Positions 52,721 to 62,200 of a stretch of 64,000 nucleotides of DNA are shown here, one piece after another. The stretch is from an uncultured delta proteobacterium. GTDB taxonomy: Bacteria; Myxococcota_A; Polyangia; Polyangiales; B10-G4. Where the stretch lies: contig CAVSGI010000021.1 of NCBI GenBank assembly GCA_963727445.1, positions 416,001 through 480,000 on the forward strand, written 5' to 3'. The position numbers and the translations under genes are program-made. Within the stretch, counting starts at the first letter, position 1; every line of letters begins with the position of its first letter. Below the pieces are notes generated by a model. It made no database searches. It had not been told where the DNA came from and was given only the letters and a program-made list of their open reading frames with translations.

Positions 52721-53263
52721 ATGGCCGAAGCGCGATTCGATCCCGGTGGCTTCTATCAGTTCGACCTTTCCGAAGGGAGCGTCCGCACCAGAGACGGAGC
52801 CCGTGTCCTCGTACTCTCGGACACCGCAGCCGGCCAATTGGTTTCAGCCGCGATGCGCGCCGGGGACAGCGCGGCGCTCATCGGCCTGGGCAACGAGCTC
52901 GGGACGGTCGCGCGCGCGAACCTCGGGGGCGACCCCACCGAGGCCTCGATCGAGCAGGTCGTGGCCCATGCGTCGGCGGTCGTGTCGCTCTTCGGCTGGG
53001 GCAAGCTCGCCTTCGAGCGCTGGGGCCAGGCGCTGGTCGCTACGGTCTCCGGCGCGCCGAGCCTGGGCGACGGCGGCATCGCCATGAGCGCCCTTCTCAC
53101 CGGCATGATCAGCGCGCTCGGCGAGACGCCCGCGGATTGCGTGCCCGTGACCGAGCAGCAGTTCCTGATCCTCGCACCCGAGACCGCAGAGGCGGTACGG
53201 AAGTGGGTCGCGGCCGGAGACCGCCTCGGCGCGATCGTGAGTCGTTTGGGGGTGTCGTCGTGA
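52721..53263 (+). CDS. V4R-like domain protein
   Basis: FDLSEG...GARVLVL, LGNELG, FGWGKL pattern. Confidence 0.55.
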   Translation: MAEARFDPGGFYQFDLSEGSVRTRDGARVLVLSDTAAGQLVSAAMRAGDSAALIGLGNELGTVARANLGGDPTEASIEQVVAHASAVVSLFGWGKLAFERWGQALVATVSGAPSLGDGGIAMSALLTGMISALGETPADCVPVTEQQFLILAPETAEAVRKWVAAGDRLGAIVSRLGVSS

Positions 53264-53712
53264 GTCAGGTCCAGAAGCTCGAGTCGCTCCTCGCGCTCGT
53301 CCAGCGCAACCGCCACAAGCCTCGTGCGGCGACCGCACCCGCCGCAGCACCCGGCCGCACGCGCAAGACCAGCCCGAGCCCGCTCGAGGTGGCCATCGGC
53401 GGCGCGGCCGACGAGCCGGCGGCGCCCGCCAAGCCCCAGCCCGTCGCGCGCGCCACGCCCAAGGCCCAGCCGCGGCCAGCGCCGGCCCGTCCCGCCGCGC
53501 CGAAGACCGCGCCCACACCGGTGACCGCGCCCACGCCGATGCGCGCCGCGAAGCCGGCGGCGCCCACCAAGCCCACGCCAGTCGCGGCGGCGCCGATCGC
53601 CGCGCCTTCGGCGCCGGTCGCCACCGCGAGCAGCGACGTGGTCGTCGAGATGCCCAAGACCTTCGACGAGCTGCTGGCGCAGAGCCTCGCGCTCCGGCCC
53701 CTCGAGCACTAG
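53260..53712 (+). CDS. Hypothetical Pro/Ala-rich protein
   Basis: GTGA coupling; helical ends (LESLLALVQRN / TFDELLAQSLAL) around a low-complexity linker. Confidence 0.7.
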   Translation: MSQVQKLESLLALVQRNRHKPRAATAPAAAPGRTRKTSPSPLEVAIGGAADEPAAPAKPQPVARATPKAQPRPAPARPAAPKTAPTPVTAPTPMRAAKPAAPTKPTPVAAAPIAAPSAPVATASSDVVVEMPKTFDELLAQSLALRPLEH

Positions 53713-53874
53713 ATGAACGACCACGATTCTGGAACGTTCCTCGCTCGTCTGCGGCGCCGCTCGCCGCGTCGGGTCTCCTCGAATGGCCGATCGGCCGTCC
53801 TTCGTAGGCCCTCCCTGCGAGCGACACCGCATCCTTCGCGATCCTCCGTCCCACAATCGTGGTCGTTCATCTAG
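53709..53874. mobile_element. MITE-like long hairpin element with CTAG flanks
   Basis: ctagatgaacgaccacgatt (53709-53728) is the exact reverse complement of 53855-53874; interior also self-complementary. Confidence 0.75.
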
Positions 53875-53881
53875 AGGGCGC

Positions 53882-54646
53882 TTGCTCCTCGCTGTCGACG
53901 TCGGCAACACGCACATCGTCCTCGGTCTCTACGAGGGCGAGCGATTGGTGCACGACTTTCGCATCGAATCGTCTCGCGGTCGCACCGTCGACGAGCTTCA
54001 CGTCCTTCTGCACAGCCTCCTCGCGGTGGCTGGGGTGGAACGTCAGGCGGTCCGCGGCAGCATCCTGGCGTCGGTGGTCCCGGCCCTCGGTGAAGTGGTG
54101 GTGGAGGCCGTCGACCGGGCGTTCGATGTCGACATGATGGTGGTCGGGCCCGGCCTCAAGACCGGCATGCCGATCCTCTACGAGAACCCGCGGGAGGTCG
54201 GCGCGGACCGCATCGTGAACGCGGTGGCGGCCTACGAGCGTGTGGGCGGCGCGGTGATCGTCGTCGACTTCGGCACCGCGACCACCTTCGACTGCATCTC
54301 CGAGGCCGGCGAGTACCTCGGCGGCTCGATCGCGCCGGGGATCCGCATCAGCGCCGAGGCGCTCTTCGCGCGTGCCGCCAAGCTGCCGCGGGTGGAGGTG
54401 ATGAAGCCGCCGCGCGCCATCGGCCGCAACACCGTCCACTCCATGCAGTCGGGCATCGTCTTCGGTTACGTCGGCCTGGTGGACGGGCTGGTGGAGCGCA
54501 TCCGCGCCGAGATCGGCGCGCCCGCGCGCGTCCTCGCCACGGGCGGGCTCGCGCCGGTGCTCACCCCCGAGAGCCGGACCATCGAGGACTTCGACGAGTT
54601 CCTCACCCTCGATGGTCTGCGCATCCTCTGGGATCGCAACCGCTGA
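53882..54646 (+). CDS. coaX: Type III pantothenate kinase
   Basis: AVDVGNT, ASVVP, VGADR, VDFGTATT, GGSIAPG, ATGG. Confidence 0.95.
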   Translation: MLLAVDVGNTHIVLGLYEGERLVHDFRIESSRGRTVDELHVLLHSLLAVAGVERQAVRGSILASVVPALGEVVVEAVDRAFDVDMMVVGPGLKTGMPILYENPREVGADRIVNAVAAYERVGGAVIVVDFGTATTFDCISEAGEYLGGSIAPGIRISAEALFARAAKLPRVEVMKPPRAIGRNTVHSMQSGIVFGYVGLVDGLVERIRAEIGAPARVLATGGLAPVLTPESRTIEDFDEFLTLDGLRILWDRNR

Positions 54647-54664
54647 AGCCGGCGCCCGTGCCCC

Positions 54665-56411
54665 TCAGTTCGAGGTGCGCCGGAACACCTGGTAGAAGTA
54701 GCGGCCCGAGCCGTCCCCAGCCCCGATGTCGATGCGGAAGCGTCCGTTCGACGTGGGACAGTGACGCACCGTCGGGAACGCCGTGCGGGTGTTGTCGCTC
54801 GCGATCTCGTTGCCTCCCTGACTGATCGAGAGGTCCACGTTGTTGAGACCCTGGCCGCCGACCGCGAGGATGGCGTAGCACTGGCCGCCCTGGAGCGGGA
54901 TGGTGTGATGCGCGGTGGCGCCCTCCCGCCGCAGGTTGCCCTGCCCGGGGGTGGTGTTGGGATCGGGCTCGAAGCCCTCGACGCCGAGCAGCGAGGTGAC
55001 CTCGCCCAGGCGGACGTAGATGAGCCCGCTCAAGCCGAAGGGGCCGCGGGTCCCGCGCGGCCAACGATAGGGCGCATACACGAAGTTGCCCGAGCCCTGG
55101 TACATGCGGACGGTCATCGTGTACTGGCCGGTGTCGTCGGGACAGACGCGCACGATGGGGCGCGCATCGGTCTCGACGTCCTCGTCGATCATGCGCCCGC
55201 TTTCGTCCTTGAGCAGGAGATCGAGGTCGCGCACGCCGTTGTCGCCGACGCCGAGGATGGCGTAGCACTTGCCGCCCTCGAGCTGGATGGTGAAGTCGCG
55301 CGTTTCGCTCTCGCCGAGCTGGCCGCGGGACTGGTCGCCGTAGGGCTGATAGCCGCGGGCGCGGATGTCGCTGTCGAGGAGCCGGAAGTTCTCCTCGAGC
55401 CCGGCGCCGGCGGTGGACTGGGTCGCGATGACGTTGGTGGCGGGCGGGGTGGTCGTCTGCTGTGCGGTGCTGCCGTCGCCCTGTCGGACGTAGCCGACGG
55501 TGAAGAGCGGGCCCTGTCCGCCATACATGCGCGCGCGCAGCTGATAAGAGCCGGTCTGGCTCGGACAGAAGCGGACGAGCGCGTCGAGGTTCGTGGTGAC
55601 GTCCTTTTGGAGCTCGTTGCCCTGACCATCCACGAGGAAGACGTCGGTGTCGCTCGCGCCCTCTCCGCCGAGGGTCGCGAAGGCGTAGCAGGTTCCCTGG
55701 GTGAGGTTCAGGGCGAACATGCGGTCCTCGCGCTGGGTGTACTGCTCGCCGTAGGGGTCGCTGATCCGCGAGTAGCCTTCGGCGCGAAGCGTCTCGTCGA
55801 GCTGCGTGAGCCGGCTCTGGGTGGCCTCGTCGAGCTGGGCCTGCTGTCGTCCTCCGCCCTGCTGGCCGCCGCTGTAGAGCTGCGCCAGGTCGGGCCGCGT
55901 CTGGGGCGAGCCCTGATAGACGGCGTAGTAGTACTCGCCCCCACCGGAGGCCATCTGGAGCCGGGCGATCACGCGACCGGCGGTGGCGGGGCAGATCGTC
56001 GCCCAGGGCCGCGGATCCGGGTCGACGTTGTAGGCGATGGTCTGACCCTGCGGGTCGAGGACGATGAGGTTCAGATCGCTGGTCGGCTGGGCGATGGCGA
56101 CGATGGTGTAGCAAGCGCCCTGCTGCGCCTCGATGGCGTAGGCGATGACCCCGTTCGCCGGCAGGTTCGTGTTGCGGACCGCGGGCCCGGTGCGGGCGTA
56201 GCCCTGCTGGGTCAAGAAGGCCTCCACCTGCTCGAGGGCCTGGCGGGGATCCTGGCTCACGCCACTGCCGCCGCCGGCTTGAACCGTGCCTCCTCCGGCG
56301 GTGTTGTTCAGCTGTTGGCCGCCCTGCTGGATGGGCCTGGCGCGCCGGCAACCGCCCAAAGATCAGGGCACAGAGGGCGACGAGAGCGAAGAGTCCGATC
56401 TTCCGAATCAT
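54665..56411 (-). CDS. Lipoprotein with four tandem PPC-like beta-sandwich repeats (frameshift near 56358)
   Basis: MIRKIGLFALVALCALI signal joins lipobox LGGC after removing one base; four GxCYxxxxxG...DxDL...CP repeats. Confidence 0.75.
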
Positions 56412-56551
56412 TCGGGTGTCCAATCTATCGCCCCGAAGGGGCGGTACCCAGACCGACGGAGAAAGGGCCGTCGGCTTCAAACGCGCCGTATCCAAGCACG
56501 ATGGCTGTGGGCGACGCAACCGAGGGGAGGGCGGCCCGATAAGGGCTGCAC

Positions 56552-57091
56552 ATGTCCCGTACGCCCCTCCCCGCCCTGGTGTTCCACCTCTTCCTCCTGG
56601 CGGCCTTCGCCGCCTTCGCCCCCGCGGCCCTCGCGCAGGATCCGGAGGCGCCCACCCAAACCCTCGCCACCGATCCGTCCCCTCCCACCCCCATCGGCGC
56701 CGTCACCCTCGACCCGGTGGGGATGGCCTTCGGGGAGTGGACCGCTCGCTTCGAGCTCGGCCTGAGCCCCTCCCACGCCCTCTTCTTGGAAGGGGGCTAT
56801 CGGAGCACGGCGCCCTCAGCGGGTGTGGCGCTCGAGCTGGGCTACCACCTCTACCCCCTCGGCGAAGGTGTCGCCGGGCCCTTCATCGGTCCCTCCGTCG
56901 GCGCGGCGATCACCACCGACCGGGCGGTGGTCTCGCTCTTCGGCGCGCTCGAAGCCGGCTGGCAGCTCGTCCTCGGGCCCTTTGCGCTCGGGCTCAGCGG
57001 CGGCGTGGAAGCGCACCTCGGCTTCGATCAGGGAGCGACTGTCACTTTTGCGCCGCGGATCTCGGTCTCGATCGGTTACGCGCTCAGGTGA
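56552..57091 (+). CDS. Small outer-membrane beta-barrel protein (DUF3575-like)
   Basis: Signal peptide ALA; amphipathic strands; C-terminal SIGYAL. Confidence 0.65.
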   Translation: MSRTPLPALVFHLFLLAAFAAFAPAALAQDPEAPTQTLATDPSPPTPIGAVTLDPVGMAFGEWTARFELGLSPSHALFLEGGYRSTAPSAGVALELGYHLYPLGEGVAGPFIGPSVGAAITTDRAVVSLFGALEAGWQLVLGPFALGLSGGVEAHLGFDQGATVTFAPRISVSIGYALR

Positions 57092-57840
57092 GCGGCGAAC
57101 GCCTCGATCGAAGACCACGCGTCGAGCATCTCTTCGGCCGATTGAAAGCGCGCATCCTCGGTCCTGGCCAGGGCGCGCGAGGCGAACGCATCCGCGTCGA
57201 GCCCGACGTCGTCGCGCAGCTCGCTCGGACCGGGGGGAAGACGGGTGTCGTCGGGGCTCGGTGCGTGCTCGCCGGTGAGCGCCTCGTAGATCACGCGCCC
57301 GGCGGCGTGAAGATCTTTGCGTGGATCTCCAGCCGTCTCCGGCTGAAAGGCGACGAGCTTGGCAGCGCCGCCGCCGTGATGCTCGGCGAGGAAGACGTCT
57401 CTGGGGGTGAGGCAGGGATGGACGGCATGCGCGCGATGCGCGGCACAGAGGGCGTCGAGGATTCTGCGCGCCCACGCGCGCCGCGTCCGCGAGACCCAGG
57501 CGGCCTTCGCGGGACAGCCGCGCGCGCAACGTTTCCCCGGCGAGGAGCTCCATGGCGACGAAGGGGCCGTCGTCTTCGCCGATTTCGAAGACCCGGAGGA
57601 CATTCGGGTGAGCCAGCCCTGCGCAGATCCGCGCCTCGGTCGTGACCCGGCGCCGCACCTCTGGACTCGCCTCCGGACGAAAGCGACGCACGGCGAGGCC
57701 ACGCTCGAGCACCACCTGCACGGCGCGGTAGATCCGGCTGTGGGGCGACTCCGCGACGAGCGATTCGATTCGGTACTTCCCGGCGACGACGTCAGCTGTC
57801 GTTGAGGCTGAAATAGTCCGCTCCGACGGTTGGCTCCAGA
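57076..57840 (-). CDS. Ser/Thr pseudokinase (frameshift near 57465, start unclear)
   Basis: VAGKYRI, EAR, HPNVLRVF, VAMELLAGETL, YEALTG, RFQSAEEM; catalytic motifs absent. Confidence 0.6.
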   Translation of the reverse strand, partial: SGANRRSGLFQPQRQLTSSPGSTESNRSSRSRPTAGSTAPCRWCSSVASPCVAFVRRRVQRCGAGSRPRRGSAQGWLTRMSSGSSKSAKTTAPSSPWSSSPGKRCARGCPAKAAWVSRTRRAWARRILDALCAAHRAHAVHPCLTPRDVFLAEHHGGGAAKLVAFQPETAGDPRKDLHAAGRVIYEALTGEHAPSPDDTRLPPGPSELRDDVGLDADAFASRALARTEDARFQSAEEMLDAWSSIEAFAAHLSA

Positions 57841-57885
57841 GGATACCCCCGATTCCCTGGTTGGGAAGTGGGCTAGTCTCGCACC

Positions 57886-58908
57886 GTGCGTCCTTCGTCG
57901 CGCGCGTTCTGGCTCCTCCTCTGCCTTTCGGGCTGTGCCTCGGCGATGAGGCCCTGTTTCGCCTCGTGCTACGAGCGGCGCTCGCCCGCGGCGGACCCCC
58001 AGCCCGGGCCGCCGACCATCTCCACCGTGGTCGAGCGCTGCAAAGGGCTGAACGGGAGCGATGACGCCTGCGGCTTCGTGGCGCGCTTCGATCCCGAGCA
58101 CTGCAGTCAGGCGGTGCCATGCGATGGGCTGGTCGCGATCTTCGCGATGACCTCCGAGGAGTGCGGAGGCTATGGCCGCGTGCTGCGCGACTTCGCGGAG
58201 GCGGGTCACGTCGCGACCTGCCTCCACCTCTTCGAGGCGGACGAGGTGGTCCATCGTCTGCCGCTGGTGGAGCTCGCCGATCGCGTCGACCGCTCCCTCG
58301 AAGCGATCCACCTCTCGGAAGCGGTGACCGGACGCTGGACGGGTCGCTACCTCTTCCTTTCGGGGGAGGGGATGGCGGGGACGGCGCCGGTGGTCGCCAT
58401 GGCGCGCACCAATCTCGACGACTCGGAGCACTGGCGCGGCGACGAGGTGACCGCGGGCTGCTTCCTCGAAGGCTTCTACGACCTGTCGGCTGCCGACACC
58501 GCGCTGGGCGAGGGACTCGGCGGGCTTCCCTGCACCTTCCCCCTCAGTCACTCGGAGCTGCTCTCCCGGTATTACGACCCGCCCCCCGCCGAGCACGCGT
58601 GCGACAACGGGCAGTGCCCCTGCGGGCCCGGGCACTCACCCGCGATCGACGTCGACTCCGTGATCGACGTCGACCCGTCGTCGCTCTCCGTCCCCGCCTG
58701 GACCCTCGTCGAGTGTGGCTCCGAGCTCGACACCTGCAGCGATGACGTCGCACCGGCGGCGCCAATCCGCACGCTCTGCGAGGCCTTGGACGCGGACAGC
58801 GACCACACTTGCGAGTTCCAGAGCATTCCGCGGGCGGACTACCGAAGCTGCATGAGCTTCGGCGCAGAGCGATGCCTCGCGTTCTTCGAAACGCTGACGG
58901 CTCGGTGA
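57886..58908 (+). CDS. Cys-rich lipoprotein, possible alpha/beta-hydrolase fold
   Basis: Lipobox LSGC; LFLSGEGMAG elbow-like segment, FLEGFYD. Confidence 0.55.
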   Translation: MRPSSRAFWLLLCLSGCASAMRPCFASCYERRSPAADPQPGPPTISTVVERCKGLNGSDDACGFVARFDPEHCSQAVPCDGLVAIFAMTSEECGGYGRVLRDFAEAGHVATCLHLFEADEVVHRLPLVELADRVDRSLEAIHLSEAVTGRWTGRYLFLSGEGMAGTAPVVAMARTNLDDSEHWRGDEVTAGCFLEGFYDLSAADTALGEGLGGLPCTFPLSHSELLSRYYDPPPAEHACDNGQCPCGPGHSPAIDVDSVIDVDPSSLSVPAWTLVECGSELDTCSDDVAPAAPIRTLCEALDADSDHTCEFQSIPRADYRSCMSFGAERCLAFFETLTAR

Positions 58909-58921
58909 TCCCCGGCGCGGC

Positions 58922-59874
58922 TCAGCCGGCGCGGAGGAGGAAGAAGAGCCCGGCGATGGAGAGCGCCAACACCGCGCCCGCGAGGACGTAGATGAACACG
59001 TCGGCGCCGAGGCCGGCGCGGCGGGGGGCCGGCGGTGGCGCCGATGGGGTCGGCGCCCGCGTCCCGTCGCTCGCGCTCTCGGGCGCGGCTTCGGGCTCGG
59101 GCTCTGGCTCTGGCTCGGGCGGCGCGGGGAGCTCCACCGATTGCTCGGGGGCACGCTCGAATCTCGTTCTGAAGTCGCCCGGCGGCGTCCTCGAAGAGGA
59201 CCACCGTCTTGCCCAGGCGGATCTCGTCGCCGTCGCGGAGGCGCTGCTGGCGAATCGCCTTGTCTCCGACGAACGTCCCGTTCTTGCTCTCGAGAATCCC
59301 GGAGCATCACCCCCGACAGGTCGGCGAAGACCTCGGCGTGAGCGCGCGAGAGGTCTTCGTCGGGGAGCTGCACGTCCACGTCCTCCCCCCGACCGAGGAC
59401 CAGCCGACTCGGGGGATTGGGGATCGCGATCTGTTGCCCTTCACTCGGCCCGTTGAGCACGTGGAGCCGTGGCGCGTTGTCGCCATCACCCTGGGAGAGC
59501 GCCTCCTCCACGATGCGGCGCGCGAGGGCGGCGGTGCCCTCCACCGTGGTCGCTGTGACCACCGGTTTCTGCTCGAGGCGCAGATGAAAGCCGCCGATGT
59601 CGACGACGTCCTCGGGACCGAGCGGTTTCGGGCGTCCGGGGGGCAGGCGTTCCCCGCCGACCTTCGTTCCGTTGGTGGAGTTCTCGTCGACGACCACCCA
59701 ACGCGCCCCTTCGGCGCGAAGCGTGGCGTGGGTTCCACTCACCGCGGCATGAGGAATGTGCACGTCGGCGCCGCGATGTCGTCCGATGACGACGCGCGGC
59801 TGATCGAATTCGTAGACGTGCTCGGTCGTCCCTTCGGACGACCACGTCGATCGCACGACGAGGCGGAGGCCCAT
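58922..59874 (-). CDS. Double-FHA protein with C-terminal TM helix (frameshifts near 59300 and 59160)
   Basis: IGR...SGTH...STNGT and LGR...SRAH FHA motifs; PE-rich linker; TM at end. Confidence 0.85.
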
Positions 59875-59999
59875 GCTCGGGTCGAGACTGATCGCGCGAT
59901 CGCCACCGGTCAAGAACGGCGCGCCCCTCGCGGCCTGCCGAAAACTGGACCCGATCTGCCAGTTCTGTAGACGTCGTAACTAGCCATAGAGGAGCAAGC

Positions 60000-62066
60000 A
60001 TGGACGCAGAGGTCGATCGGCGTGGCAGAGGTGGGGCTCGGATCCCTCTCGAATCTCACGTGGAGCTCACCCACGAGGGGTTCGCGGAGAAGTTCGAGGC
60101 GGACGGAGTGAACGTGAGCCAGGGAGGGCTCGCGATGCGCTCCTCGTACCTTCCGCACGTCGGGGCGAAGCTGCGTTGCCGCTTCCCAGGCGCGCGCGGG
60201 GCCCTGGTGGAGGCCGGGGCGGAGGTCGTCTGGTCGAGTGACAAGGGGCCTCACACAGGGGAGTTCGGCCTGCGCTTCCTCGAGCTCGACGCCGAGACCA
60301 GCGACGCCATTCGCACCCTGCTCCACGGCCGCAGCTATCTGCCCCCGGCGCCGGGGCAGGCCCGCGGGGCCGAGGACACCATCGACGAGCCGGTGGGCCC
60401 GAGCGCCATCTCCCTCGAGATCGAGGGGGTGCCGTCGGCGATTCGCGCGGGCATCGTCTCGGAGGACGAAGACGTCCTCACCGTGTCCCAGGAGCTCTCG
60501 TTCCTGCGTCTGAAGACCGGCGTCACCGTCCAGAAGGATGGCCGCCGCGGCCGGATCGAGGGGATCGACCTCCTGGTCGACGGTGACACGCCCCGCCTGA
60601 TGATCGACATCGTCTTCGAGGACGCCCTGGTGGTGCCGGCGGCGGAGTCGACGCTCCCCGACTTCCTCCCCCCGGCGCCTGCCGAGGAGGAGACGGCGGT
60701 CGATCTCTCGGCTCCCGAGAGCTTCGCGCACGACGACGAAGACGAGGACGAGATCGACGAGGCGATCGAGGCGGCCCTCGACGGGCTCGCCAGCCCCGGT
60801 CCTCGCATCGTGCACGTGGGGCGCGCCAGTCATCTGATGGACACGCCCTCGGTGGACACCGGGATCCCGGGCAGCATCGACGAGGCCCTGGCGGCGGTGG
60901 TCGCCGAGGAGGAGCCCGCGGCCGAAGCAGCCCCGGCCAAGATCGAGGAGGACGCGGTGGTCCTCCCGAAGAACGGTCCGGCCGAGGTCCTGGCCGGCAT
61001 CCGGCGCTCGGCGAAGGAGATCGTTCCGACGCTGATCCCGAAGCTTCGCCTCTTCTTGGCCAAGGTCCGCCCCGCGCTGGTAATGCTCTCCGCCAAGGCG
61101 CGCACCTTCTGGGCGACCTTCAAGGCCGAGCGCGCGCCCAAGCTCGCGGCGGCGATCGAAAAGGCGCTTGCCTACGCGAAGCGCGGTTATTCGACACTGT
61201 CGGCCAAGATCGGCGAGCGGCTCCCGGCGCTCGCGAACAAGACGCGCCGCCGGCGCAAGACGGCGCCACCTCCCGCCGACTCGAACGTCACCCGCCGTCG
61301 CGCGAAGAAGCGCGGCGCCAAGGCGCAGAAGCCCGAAAAGCGTCGCCGTCGGACGCTGGCGCTCTCCGCGGCGGCCTTCGTCGGTGTCGGACTCGCCGCC
61401 TGGGCGCTCATGCCGGGCGAAGAGACCGTCGACGCAGCCGACCCCCTCGCCGGCCATCAGCCGCTGGTCGCCGAGACCTCCGAGGCGGCTCCCGCGCCGG
61501 CACCCACCGCCACCGACACCGCCGCGAGCTCCACCGCAGCCGCGACGCCGGCGGCCTCCGCCGAGCCGATCACTCCGACGATGCCCCGCGCCCTCGGCGA
61601 GGCTTCGCGCGAGGCCGGACCCATGCCCGCGCCGACCTTCCCCTCGCTGAGCGAAGGTGCGCGACCGCAGGCGCCGCAGGCTCTGCCCGAGGGCTCCCCC
61701 TACGCGGTGGATGTCCGCGAAGGTGGGAACGCGACGGCGGCGCCGGCGGGCGTGACCAGCGAAGGCACTGTCTTCGGTGCCCCCGACGTTCCGGGCGGCC
61801 GCAGCTTCCTCATCCGCATGAGCCAGCCGGTCACCGTGGTGCGCGGCACCGCGCGGCCCGACGGCTTCACGGTGACGGTTCCGAACAGCCTCTCCCTCGA
61901 TCGCGCGGGGCCCATCGCGGCCTCCCACCCGCTGGTGGAGCGCTCGATGATCCTCAATCGGGGCGATCACTCCGAGCTCACCATCACCTTCGCGGAAGGT
62001 CAGAGCCCGGCTTATCGGGTGAGCGCGCGGGGCTCGGCGATCGAAGTCCTGATCGCCCGCCGCTGA
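60000..62066 (+). CDS. PilZ-domain transmembrane protein with periplasmic C-terminal domain
   Basis: RGGAR and NVSQGG, EVVW, FGLRF; acidic linker, basic stretch, TM helix, beta-rich C-terminus. Confidence 0.8.
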   Translation: MDAEVDRRGRGGARIPLESHVELTHEGFAEKFEADGVNVSQGGLAMRSSYLPHVGAKLRCRFPGARGALVEAGAEVVWSSDKGPHTGEFGLRFLELDAETSDAIRTLLHGRSYLPPAPGQARGAEDTIDEPVGPSAISLEIEGVPSAIRAGIVSEDEDVLTVSQELSFLRLKTGVTVQKDGRRGRIEGIDLLVDGDTPRLMIDIVFEDALVVPAAESTLPDFLPPAPAEEETAVDLSAPESFAHDDEDEDEIDEAIEAALDGLASPGPRIVHVGRASHLMDTPSVDTGIPGSIDEALAAVVAEEEPAAEAAPAKIEEDAVVLPKNGPAEVLAGIRRSAKEIVPTLIPKLRLFLAKVRPALVMLSAKARTFWATFKAERAPKLAAAIEKALAYAKRGYSTLSAKIGERLPALANKTRRRRKTAPPPADSNVTRRRAKKRGAKAQKPEKRRRRTLALSAAAFVGVGLAAWALMPGEETVDAADPLAGHQPLVAETSEAAPAPAPTATDTAASSTAAATPAASAEPITPTMPRALGEASREAGPMPAPTFPSLSEGARPQAPQALPEGSPYAVDVREGGNATAAPAGVTSEGTVFGAPDVPGGRSFLIRMSQPVTVVRGTARPDGFTVTVPNSLSLDRAGPIAASHPLVERSMILNRGDHSELTITFAEGQSPAYRVSARGSAIEVLIARR

Positions 62067-62108
62067 GCCCCGCTCATCTCGGCGAAACGCTTCGACTTTC
62101 CCCGAGGT

Positions 62109-62133
62109 GGAACATCATCGCCTCCCGCGTGTT
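62109..62133 (+). promoter_or_regulatory. Possible ECF-sigma promoter of degP
   Basis: GGAAC-N17-GTT. Confidence 0.4.
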
Positions 62134-62200
62134 GTCCCGTGGGAAATACGGTGCGCCAATTCGCACGTAGAGAGCACTCGAACCTGAGGGCACTCCGAAG

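Noticed and set aside
53713..53870. 6S RNA interpretation of the long hairpin
   Set aside because: Perfect terminal repeats, CTAG flanks, no clear central bubble and a second partial copy fit a repeat element better; not fully excluded without an Rfam scan.
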